Part shown: positions 28,682 through 36,656 of the stretch, one piece after another
How positions within the stretch are numbered: position 1 is the first letter of the stretch
How the letters are laid out: every line of letters starts with the position of its first letter
NCBI GenBank assembly: GCA_019058275.1
Contig: JAHLVW010000057.1
Coordinates: forward strand, 1 to 63,040
Direction of reading: 5' to 3'
Length of the DNA: 63,040 nt
Origin: Candidatus Heimdallarchaeota archaeon
Lineage (GTDB): Archaea > Asgardarchaeota > Heimdallarchaeia > JABLTI01
The notes under the pieces: model-generated
Database searches by the model: none
Told to the model about the DNA's origin: nothing
What the model saw: only the letters and a program-made list of their open reading frames with translations
Translations under genes and position numbers: made by a program

Positions 28682-30358
28682 TCACTTGAGTAGCTCATTT
28701 TTCCATTTTTTCCGTAAAAGTGTAAATTGCTCAGCATTGATGATTTGTTCTTCTGGTTGATACATAATAAATGTTCTAAGATATTTTGCCAAAAGGTGAT
28801 TAACGAATCTAACTCCTTTTACAAGTGTAGCAAAATTATCATAGAATAATTGAGAAACTTCTTGACCATTATCACAAATATTGACATATTTTTCACGTGG
28901 TTCGAGATAAGGTAGAAGCTCAAGCAATTTGGAAGTAGGTTGTAATGGCAATTTAAGAGGTTTAGAAGTTGAAATTTGAAATGTTATATGTTTATAATGC
29001 TCTGCTAAAATTTGCATAACGGAAGAATTTTGTTCAAGATTAGTATTAACAATTTTTTGAAAAAGCGTTATTGGAGTTGCATGCTTATTTTTCTCATAAT
29101 TGGAATAACTGCTTTGAGAAAGCTGTAATAATTTTCGCATTTCAGTATAACTTCGATTATTACGAATAGATATGAGATAATCATCTAATCCTAAAACCGT
29201 TATACCTATGAGTTTTGTAAAGTCAAAATAACCATCAGAGGTGAGAGTTTGGTTATTAATTCCTTTGAATTTGGTAGAATATCTTCTGCGTTGAATTAAC
29301 TGATAAAAATCTTGCATTTTCTTGGGATTTAAAACACCAATCAAATTTGCATAAGCACTTGTATATTTAATCGGTAAAGAAATTAAATAAGGGCCAGAAT
29401 TTAACTGGGTTTTTTTTGTTTTAATATTATATTCCTGCAAATAGTGTTGAAAATCCTCAATATATTTTTCACTCGCACTACAAAAATTAATTCCTTTCTT
29501 AAAAGAGCCATCTGCATCCATAGCACCACGCCAGTATAGACTCCGGAAAGGTTCGCCGAAGTGCTTGAAAAGTAAGGGTTCTCGAAGGGAATCATATTTA
29601 GCACCTTGAATAGTGTGGTCTGTTAAAAAATTGAATAAACAGACAGCAGAAGAGGATCTGAGTTCGATATTCCATGCATTACCTGTTTTGAAAACTCGAC
29701 CAGCATCAGAAAACACTGAATCAAATAGTTTTGATAATAGCATAATATGTTCTTTCGTTTCATCAACAACTCGCAACCAATGTCTATGAAGATGACCATC
29801 ACCATTAATGACACCACAAAGATAAGCTAATTTTGGGGAAAGTACAATCGGGATAGAATAACGTTTTCCTCGAGCACTTTCAAAATACAAATACTCCGGA
29901 AAAGTAGCAGGAATTCCAATGTGAGCCCAAGCACAACGAACTAAAGGAAATGGCATAGCACCACGATTAATATAATATCGAATTGCAATGCGCCACTCAA
30001 GAATGCTCTTATTAACTGACTTGTAAAAATAGTTTCGAGCAACCTCAGAGATAAGAAGATCTTTCTCCTTAATTCGGTGTTTTTCTTCGTCTGTTAAAAC
30101 AAGGAAAGGGAACCGAGAAAGAATGCGATCGCTTGTTTTTTTCCTTACAAAATCAATACGATGAACAAGAATAGGAAACAGGTTTAAGGTTAAGGAATCC
30201 TGATCAAGGAAGATTTTATCAATCTGGTTTTTTTCAACTAACTTATTAGCAGTAATCCAATGAGGAAAATTAGTGCAATCTTTATCGTAAAGCAAGGGAT
30301 CTGTAGACCAATGAAGAGGATCCAGCATAGTAATACTCCTACAAGTAATAGTTCTCAA
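28682..30358 (-). CDS. Free-standing double-motif LAGLIDADG endonuclease fused to XRE-type HTH
   Basis: LAYLCGVINGDGH and LYWRGAMDADGS; RSYTEMRKLLQLSQSSYSNYEKNKHATP HTH; no intein ends; start probably near 30328. Confidence 0.8.
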   Translation of the reverse strand: MRTITCRSITMLDPLHWSTDPLLYDKDCTNFPHWITANKLVEKNQIDKIFLDQDSLTLNLFPILVHRIDFVRKKTSDRILSRFPFLVLTDEEKHRIKEKDLLISEVARNYFYKSVNKSILEWRIAIRYYINRGAMPFPLVRCAWAHIGIPATFPEYLYFESARGKRYSIPIVLSPKLAYLCGVINGDGHLHRHWLRVVDETKEHIMLLSKLFDSVFSDAGRVFKTGNAWNIELRSSSAVCLFNFLTDHTIQGAKYDSLREPLLFKHFGEPFRSLYWRGAMDADGSFKKGINFCSASEKYIEDFQHYLQEYNIKTKKTQLNSGPYLISLPIKYTSAYANLIGVLNPKKMQDFYQLIQRRRYSTKFKGINNQTLTSDGYFDFTKLIGITVLGLDDYLISIRNNRSYTEMRKLLQLSQSSYSNYEKNKHATPITLFQKIVNTNLEQNSSVMQILAEHYKHITFQISTSKPLKLPLQPTSKLLELLPYLEPREKYVNICDNGQEVSQLFYDNFATLVKGVRFVNHLLAKYLRTFIMYQPEEQIINAEQFTLLRKKWKNELLK

Positions 30359-30500
30359 GAATATTCATAAATTCTGCTTTGAAAAACTGTACAAGTAACT
30401 AATTTTTCAACTAATTAATTAAGCTAATGATTAATACTTTCAGTGACCACTATAAATAATAACTATATAATGAGCTAAATATATTACTATACGAGATAAA

Positions 30501-32675
30501 ATGGAAATTAAAAAAATAAATCCTTCAAGGAAAATACTTTATCAAGCTAAGAAACCAAAAAGAGGAACGTTTTATCAAATTTATACAAATGGTACTTTAG
30601 AGTTTATGGGAGGAATAACTACTAAAAATCAAATTCATATTTCAAATGATATAAGAAAATGGAAAAGATTACCTAGTGAAAAGAATAAAGATTCACTTAT
30701 TGTAAAGGTGACTTACTATTTTATTAACTGTTTAGAAGAAGAAGAACAGATTTCATGTCAATCAGAAATTATTCATAATGGTTATGGAATATATTTACAA
30801 CCGTTGAATACAGATTTGAATTATACAAAGATATTAGCAAAATTAAAAGAAAGAAAAATAACTTCTTGTAGTATTCCAGGAATGATAAATGGTAAAGAAC
30901 AGCTAGAATCAACAGAATATTTTATCAAAAGCTCTAATTTAAGAGAAAAATGTGAAATTCCAGCAATTGAGAACCTTATTCCATTAGTAAATGGGGGGTA
31001 TCAAGAGTCAGAATTTTCTATATATAAAAGTAAAACCGAACAAATTTATATCAAACAAATAGGGAGGATAGATCATTGGGGACAATTTCGCTTATCAGCT
31101 GACTTGTTCAGATATTTCCAAGATTGGGAGGAAATACCCAATTTCGTTTGTTCAAAAGAGCAAGCTGAAGAATATTTTATACCATCAAGTGTGCATAAAC
31201 GAAAAACTGGCAAGAGAACCAAGAACCTTAATTTTCCGATTTATGAAGAACCACAAAGAATAGAAGTTCTTTTTACTAATCCATCATTAACTCTAACTAA
31301 TGAAGCAAAAAAAACAATTAATTTTAAAAAACAATTAATTAAAAATAATTTTCCGATAATTTCTTTAAAAATAAATGCAAGAACAAAAGAGACACATATT
31401 GACAAGAATTTTGAGAGAAAATGTATAGAAATTTTCCAAAAATTGAACAAAAAAATACCTAAAGCAACATTAGCAACAGAAGTTGACCTATTTATTGATT
31501 CTAATTATAATACTACAGGTAATAAGAAATGTTTTGATATAGTCTTTTATGTACCGCTATTTAATAGTGAAATGACATTAATACTCTCCGAAATCCGTAC
31601 TAGTCAAAAACATTCTAAGTATCTAAATACTAGCGGAATAGCAGAACTTTTTCATGTAAAAAATATTATACAAAGCCATTATTTTATACCAAACATTTTC
31701 TTAAATAGAGAATTATTCAACCCGCATAATATCGATGTTACAAGGTTATTTAGTCATACAATAGGTATACCCATTATTAATAAAAAATCTATAATGCAAT
31801 ATTATATTGAACCACTAAGATTATTGACGTATTTATCAAATTTTAAAGGAAAAGAAAAACAAACTACATCATCCAACAAAATGATTCATCCATTTACTCA
31901 TTCTTTAGTAGATAATAATGACTATTATGCTCAAGCATTTGATATTTTACAACTAAAAGATCAAAAACAGACATGTAACTCATTCAAACATTATTTGTTA
32001 TTTATGGGGATAAGAGAAAAAGAGTTTTCATTAATTGGAAGAGAATATATCACTAAACAGGAAATTACTTCAATCATCCGGTACTTAAAACAACAAAGAA
32101 AAACTAGGCTGTCAACAGAAGAAAAAGGAGCTTTATTATTAATACATAATTTATTAATAAAGCAAAATTCTTTTGCTTATCTAAGCTCATTAGAAAAAAA
32201 AGAGAGAAATAATGATATAGACCTGCTTCTAAAAAATAAAAAATTAATTGAAAAATCATTACCAATAAATGTAAAGTTATTAGGTTTTCATAAATCAAAT
32301 AGCAAAGGGGGAAATTTTGAAAGAGAAATTAGGAGAAATTATGAAGATTTCGGATATGAAGTAATATCAAACTTGCTTATTTCATGTGGGGGACAGCTAT
32401 TCGAAATAGATAATCTGGTTATTAGTAAAACTGGTTTAAGAATAATAAGCTGTAAAGATCATTCCCAATATACACCTTATGATATTTTAGTAAATCATAT
32501 TCGGAATTATGCAAACATCTTAGAATTAAATAATTTTCTACTAGGAAACCAAAAGGCAATTTTATACATCAAAGTAAGAAAAGAGTATGCTAACCAATTG
32601 AAAGAAAAATACGAAATAGAAGATTGGACAAAAAATGTCCAGATAAAAATTTTAAAAGCCAAATTAAGTGTCTGA
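30501..32675 (+). CDS. Large protein with two PD-(D/E)XK restriction-like domains and AbrB-like N-terminal motifs
   Basis: FERKC...FDIVF...SEIRTS and GGNFEREI...GYEV...EIDNL...ISCKD; GRIDHWGQFRLS. Confidence 0.6.
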   Translation: MEIKKINPSRKILYQAKKPKRGTFYQIYTNGTLEFMGGITTKNQIHISNDIRKWKRLPSEKNKDSLIVKVTYYFINCLEEEEQISCQSEIIHNGYGIYLQPLNTDLNYTKILAKLKERKITSCSIPGMINGKEQLESTEYFIKSSNLREKCEIPAIENLIPLVNGGYQESEFSIYKSKTEQIYIKQIGRIDHWGQFRLSADLFRYFQDWEEIPNFVCSKEQAEEYFIPSSVHKRKTGKRTKNLNFPIYEEPQRIEVLFTNPSLTLTNEAKKTINFKKQLIKNNFPIISLKINARTKETHIDKNFERKCIEIFQKLNKKIPKATLATEVDLFIDSNYNTTGNKKCFDIVFYVPLFNSEMTLILSEIRTSQKHSKYLNTSGIAELFHVKNIIQSHYFIPNIFLNRELFNPHNIDVTRLFSHTIGIPIINKKSIMQYYIEPLRLLTYLSNFKGKEKQTTSSNKMIHPFTHSLVDNNDYYAQAFDILQLKDQKQTCNSFKHYLLFMGIREKEFSLIGREYITKQEITSIIRYLKQQRKTRLSTEEKGALLLIHNLLIKQNSFAYLSSLEKKERNNDIDLLLKNKKLIEKSLPINVKLLGFHKSNSKGGNFEREIRRNYEDFGYEVISNLLISCGGQLFEIDNLVISKTGLRIISCKDHSQYTPYDILVNHIRNYANILELNNFLLGNQKAILYIKVRKEYANQLKEKYEIEDWTKNVQIKILKAKLSV

Positions 32676-32683
32676 AAAGTAAA

Positions 32684-32822
32684 TGGCGAGTCTGGAGGGA
32701 TTTGTTCCAACAGAAGTCGCAATTTCTGTAGATTGAACCCTCGGCCTGCTACAACTCCCGAATTTGCCTTAGCAAAATTCGTTTAGAAGGCAGCCGCGCT
32801 GTCCTAGCTGCGCCACAGACTC
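32684..32822 (-). tRNA. tRNA-Arg(UCU) with a 30-nt anticodon-loop intron (~32753-32783) and a 31-nt T-loop intron at 58/59 (32702-32732); CCA encoded
   Basis: GAGTCTG/CAGACTC acceptor stem, GCGC D-stem, GCTGC/GTAGC anticodon stem, CT-TCT-A loop, GAGGG-TTCAA[intron]AT-CCCTC; removing both introns gives a 78-nt cloverleaf. Confidence 0.92.
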
Positions 32823-33107
32823 ATCATTTTGTATTTGCTTTTTCTAGGTTTTAGTTTAAAATTGTTACTATTATAAGCGGAATTTGTTTCATTTAGAAAG
32901 TAATTAAATATTATGTCTATTAAATATAAAAGTTAAAGATTCAATAATTAGGGGTGGAGGGGTAATTTTCGCTTGGATAAATCCCATCAGATTAATATTT
33001 TGTTCTTCAAATTAGTACCTTTATTTATTATATTCCGACTTAGAGAATTTTGGTGTTTTTAATAAAAAATACTCAAAGTAAGATAAGGAGAATAACTTGA
33101 TGAAAAA

Positions 33108-33830
33108 GTGAGAAAGATGAAAAGCGAAAGAACAAAATTACAAGAGAATGAGAACTATCGAGGAGTTTTTTCTGGAACTTTTAAAAGATTCGGAGAGAAA
33201 AGAGGATACAATGGATATCCTGAAACAACGGTTTTGCTGGTGAATATACAAGATAGAGACGGGACTATTGTAGGTGACCACCTTTGGTTTAATTACACTA
33301 AAGGATTCAAAGAATTAGGTGAACTAAAAGTTGGTGACATAATTCAATTTGATGCAAGAGTGAAGAAGTACTACAAAGGTTATCAAGGATATCGTGAAGA
33401 TGTTCCTAGAAGTCAGAAACGGGATTACAAACTAAGTCATCCAACAAAGATGTCTATTATTGGAATTAATTATGACTTTCTTGAAGAATTAAAGAAAAAG
33501 CAAGAACTTGAAGAACAACGTGAAAAATATGAAGCACTTAATAAAAAGATCTATAGATATTTGATAAGTAAGTTCTTGGTTAAAAATAAAAGTAATGTGT
33601 CTTGTCATTTAGTTTACATACTTAGTAAGAAAGAAATCTGTTATACCGTTGTGGATTACAATGGAGAATTAGAATCCTTGTCAAGTGATGAACTTGATGA
33701 GTTACTTCTTAGAATTAAAAATAAGATAAGAAGTGTGATTGTTGGTTTTGATATAATAAGTTTCAAAACAGATTGGTTTTTTGATAAAAAAAGGAGAAAG
33801 AAGTTGCTATTTAGGTTATCTTTACACTAG
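33108..33830 (+). CDS. Conserved hypothetical protein of phage/mobile-element type (possible OB fold)
   Basis: F.GTFKRFG.K...TVLL.NI...DHLWF..TKGF...GD.IQFDARVKKY.KGY...DYKLSHPTK pattern. Confidence 0.6.
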   Translation: MRKMKSERTKLQENENYRGVFSGTFKRFGEKRGYNGYPETTVLLVNIQDRDGTIVGDHLWFNYTKGFKELGELKVGDIIQFDARVKKYYKGYQGYREDVPRSQKRDYKLSHPTKMSIIGINYDFLEELKKKQELEEQREKYEALNKKIYRYLISKFLVKNKSNVSCHLVYILSKKEICYTVVDYNGELESLSSDELDELLLRIKNKIRSVIVGFDIISFKTDWFFDKKRRKKLLFRLSLH

Positions 33831-33842
33831 AACCTTCCTAGA

Positions 33843-33875
33843 AGGTCGTGGGTTCAAATCCCACCGGGCCTGCCA
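33843..33875 (+). repeat. tRNA 3' fragment R1 (variable loop, T arm, acceptor 3' strand, G, CCA)
   Basis: AGGTC-GTGGG-TTCAAAT-CCCAC-CGGGCCT-G-CCA. Confidence 0.88.
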
Positions 33876-33923
33876 TTTGTTTTTGTTCTTAATGATTAAT
33901 AGATTTTGGTGGTGAAATCATGG

Positions 33924-34019
33924 TGTTAATTTTATTTGACATATGTTAAAAATATTTAACAAACAAAATTTTTATAAGTAATGTTAAAATAATTTTACAC
34001 ATGTTAAAAATATTTAACG
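33924..34019. promoter_or_regulatory. Four palindromic operators TGTTAA-N6-TTAACA flanking the TATA box of the MNT-HEPN operon
   Basis: Copies at 33924, 33944, 33982 and 34002; TTTATAAG between the two pairs. Confidence 0.75.
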
Positions 34020-34513
34020 ATTTGAGTCCTTTTTTTGAGGATAATTATAGACGGATAAATATTAGAGAATACGCAAGAATATTAAAAATAAGTCCTCCTT
34101 CTGCTTCAAAGACGTTAAAAGCATTTGCAAAAGAGGGCTTACTAGTTTTAGAAGAAGATAAGAATTACTTGAATTTCTCCACAAATAAAGTCAGTAATCT
34201 ATTTCTTCATCTCTCAAGATTATACTGGTTTCAAACATTTGATGAAATTGGTTTTCTCGATTATCTTGAAAAGGAATTAATTGCCCCTACAATTATCTTA
34301 TTTGGTTCCTTTGCTAAAGCTGAAGTGAGAAAACAATCAGACATCGATATAGCAATTTTTTCTGATTTGCAAAACGAGCTCAATTTTGATGTTTTCGAAC
34401 AAAAACTTCAAAGAAAGATACAGCAGTTTAGATTTGAAAGTAGAGACAAAGTTCCAACTCAAGAGCTCTTAAACAATATACTAAGTGGATTTATTTTAAT
34501 GGGAGGATGGTAA
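34001..34513 (+). CDS. HTH + minimal nucleotidyltransferase (MNT) antitoxin
   Basis: IREYARILKISPPSASKTL; ILFGSFAKAE...SDIDIAI. Confidence 0.88.
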   Translation: MLKIFNDLSPFFEDNYRRINIREYARILKISPPSASKTLKAFAKEGLLVLEEDKNYLNFSTNKVSNLFLHLSRLYWFQTFDEIGFLDYLEKELIAPTIILFGSFAKAEVRKQSDIDIAIFSDLQNELNFDVFEQKLQRKIQQFRFESRDKVPTQELLNNILSGFILMGGW

Positions 34514-34514
34514 A

Positions 34515-34922
34515 TTGGATTGGAAAGCCTGTCAGAGATCTAGTTTAGTTAAAACTATTAAAGTTGATTCTAATCTTATAAAGTCTCTTGTAAAAGAATC
34601 TGCTAAGAAATTAAGAACTCAGAATCAAATTTTGCTAAGTGATGAATCTGCTTCCTCCAAAATAACTTTAGCTTATGATGCTGTTAGAATGGTTTTAGAC
34701 GCAGTAGCAATAAAATGTGGTTATAAAATATATAACCACGAATGTTTTAGAGCATTCTTAAAGGAGGTTTTAAAAGAATCTTCTTTGGGAGATGAATTTG
34801 ATAAATACCGAAAAATAAGAAATGCTATTAATTATTATGGAAAAGAAGTCTTAGCTGTTGGTTCTGAAAAAATAATCTCCGAATTGATTGATTTTCATCG
34901 TAAAATAAGAAGATTTTTGTAA
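34515..34922 (+). CDS. HEPN-domain toxin (partner of MNT)
   Basis: AYDAVR...GYK..NH...RKIRNAINYYG; directly downstream of MNT. Confidence 0.8.
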   Translation: MDWKACQRSSLVKTIKVDSNLIKSLVKESAKKLRTQNQILLSDESASSKITLAYDAVRMVLDAVAIKCGYKIYNHECFRAFLKEVLKESSLGDEFDKYRKIRNAINYYGKEVLAVGSEKIISELIDFHRKIRRFL

Positions 34923-34937
34923 AGGAAATCTTTTTTT

Positions 34938-34956
34938 GGTCCTGGGTTCAAATCCC
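34938..34956 (+). repeat. tRNA T-arm fragment R2
   Basis: GGTCCTGGGTTCAAATCCC. Confidence 0.75.
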
Positions 34957-35393
34957 TTTAAATTTGCTATTTTTTCCAAGCTCTCTTTTTTCTTTTGCTA
35001 TTGGATCGATTACGTTTATATTGGGTATTTGTTTGAAAGACTGATCGTGTGTTAACAGCTTCTTTATTTTCTCCTCTTCCATTATTGCTAATATACATGC
35101 ATCTCTTCCCCCTAATCCCAGATGTTTTGTCTGGTAAAGCTTTTTAACCACTTTTTCTAATAATTTTCTTTTACATCTAGTATTTTGAATTCACCTTGTA
35201 TAAACATCATTGCTTTATCTTTTGCTTCATTTCTTTCCAATCTTCTAAACAAGTAATGAATTGTTTCTATTGCCACTATGGTTATAATGACTACTTCTTT
35301 TTTCTTCAGATATTCTTCTAAAATCTCAACTGTTTTTTCGTGTTCAGGCATGTTTTCATCAAAATAATAGGCTCAAATATTTGAATCCACCAT
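34948..35393 (-). pseudogene. vapC: VapC/PIN toxin pseudogene (nonsense codon plus frameshift)
   Basis: MVDSNI*AYYFD (TGA at 35373-35375), VAIET, frameshift near 35165, then RDACILA...LLTHDQSF. Confidence 0.82.
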
Positions 35394-35398
35394 AATTG

Positions 35399-35641
35399 TC
35401 AGACATTTTTCTCCCAGATAGTTTTCAGTTCTAATGGTTTTATTTCTTCTTTTGATCCTTTCTTTGTTATACAACCTTTTAATTTTGAGGAAAACTCTTC
35501 AAATGATATTACTTTTCGGATAATCAGCTCTTTTCCTTTTCTTTCTAGCTGTAATGTCATTCCTGGTTCAAGTCCTAAAGCTTTTCTTTCTTCCTCTGGA
35601 ATAACTATTCTTCCTTTCTCATCCACAGTAATCTTACTCAT
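35399..35641 (-). CDS. AbrB/MazE/SpoVT-family antitoxin
   Basis: TVDEKGRIVIPEEERKALGLEPG. Confidence 0.9.
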   Translation of the reverse strand: MSKITVDEKGRIVIPEEERKALGLEPGMTLQLERKGKELIIRKVISFEEFSSKLKGCITKKGSKEEIKPLELKTIWEKNV

Positions 35642-35800
35642 TATCTTACACCATTCTCTCTTGGACCAATCATGATTCTTTCTTACTATTATTAGTTCTA
35701 TCTTAGATATAGAAACAATGATATTTTATGGTTAATTTATCCCTTTTTACCATTTATTATCACATAAATACTAATAATTAAAACTTATGTGTTTGGTGGA

Positions 35801-35832
35801 AAGTCGAGGTTCAAATCCCCCCAGGCTTGCCA
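35801..35832 (+). repeat. tRNA 3' fragment R3 (degenerate)
   Basis: AAGTCGAGGTTCAAATCCCCCCAGGCTTGCCA. Confidence 0.8.
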
Positions 35833-35835
35833 TTC

Positions 35836-36222
35836 CTATTTCTCTTTTTCGATTACAATTTTACTCTTTTTTCCTTCACTAATTATCCTAATGATTTTTT
35901 CTGTAACTATTGTGAAATTTCCTTCTAGTTTTTTTGATTGTGATTTTAGTAGTTTTTGTATAACTCTTATCTTGTTTTCAGTTCTTTCATCTTCTAGTTT
36001 TAATAGTATTGCTCCCTTATGTGATTTCTTCGAGCGAGTAATTAATTCTCCGAAATCCTTATCATTTGTTATCAAAATATAATTCTTTTCATTTGCTATC
36101 TTAAGTATACTATCGTCATCTGCTCCTCGTACTTCATCATATACTGAATAAACTTTATGTCTTTGTTCCTTCAACCATTTAGCCACCTTTGGTTCAGTAC
36201 ATTCATCTACAAGAAATCGCAT
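35836..36222 (-). CDS. DUF5615 PIN-like toxin
   Basis: MRFLVDEC...GADDDSIL..A....ILITNDKDFGEL. Confidence 0.88.
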   Translation of the reverse strand: MRFLVDECTEPKVAKWLKEQRHKVYSVYDEVRGADDDSILKIANEKNYILITNDKDFGELITRSKKSHKGAILLKLEDERTENKIRVIQKLLKSQSKKLEGNFTIVTEKIIRIISEGKKSKIVIEKEK

Positions 36223-36224
36223 TG

Positions 36225-36473
36225 CTAGACTGCCTCTTCTACGATAGGGACAAAAGTGGTGTTTTCTAATGTTTCAGAAGCATATAAAAGGCAGGCAAGT
36301 ATATCCTCTCTGGTTAATCCATCATATTCTTCTATAATTTCCTCGAAAGTTATGTCATTAGCTAAGAGATTCAATATGAATTGCACTGTTAACCTCGTGC
36401 CTTTTATAACTGGTTTTCCTGTCATTATTTTCGGATCTAATGTTATCCTTTCAAGGAGCTTTTTTTCTGTCAA
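36225..36473 (-). CDS. DUF433 antitoxin
   Basis: RITLDPKIMTGKPVIKGTRLTV...EEIIEEY..LTREDILACLLYA. Confidence 0.92.
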   Translation of the reverse strand: MTEKKLLERITLDPKIMTGKPVIKGTRLTVQFILNLLANDITFEEIIEEYDGLTREDILACLLYASETLENTTFVPIVEEAV

Positions 36474-36609
36474 ATTTAGTTACTCTCCTTTAACTTATTA
36501 TTAGTATAATCTTAAATATAAAAACAATGATGTTTTATGATTAATTTGCTTTTTCTCTTGTCTTTTAACTCATATACATTAAGATAAATATAGCTTATGT
36601 GTATAGGAC

Positions 36610-36641
36610 GGTCGTGGGTTCAAATCCCACCGGGTCTACCA
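36610..36641 (+). repeat. tRNA 3' fragment R4
   Basis: GGTCGTGGGTTCAAATCCCACCGGGTCTACCA, two substitutions relative to R1. Confidence 0.88.
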
Positions 36642-36656
36642 TTTTCTTTAATGTGC

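Larger units (their letters stand above)
35687..36602 (+). repeat. Homologous ~106-bp AT-rich segments (35687-35792 and 36496-36602) preceding R3 and R4
   Basis: Both read TATTATTAGT..TCTTA.ATATA.AAACAATGAT.TTTTATG.TTAATTT...CTTATGTGT. Confidence 0.75.

Noticed and set aside
24334-28692. Possible terminal inverted repeats (TGATTTT-CTTTAAAA at 24361 vs reverse complement of 28662-28678) and a 9-bp ACTTGAGTA duplication around the Cas1/Cas4 module
   Set aside because: Short, AT-rich, needs gaps, and the putative duplication is not flush with the inverted repeats; could be chance
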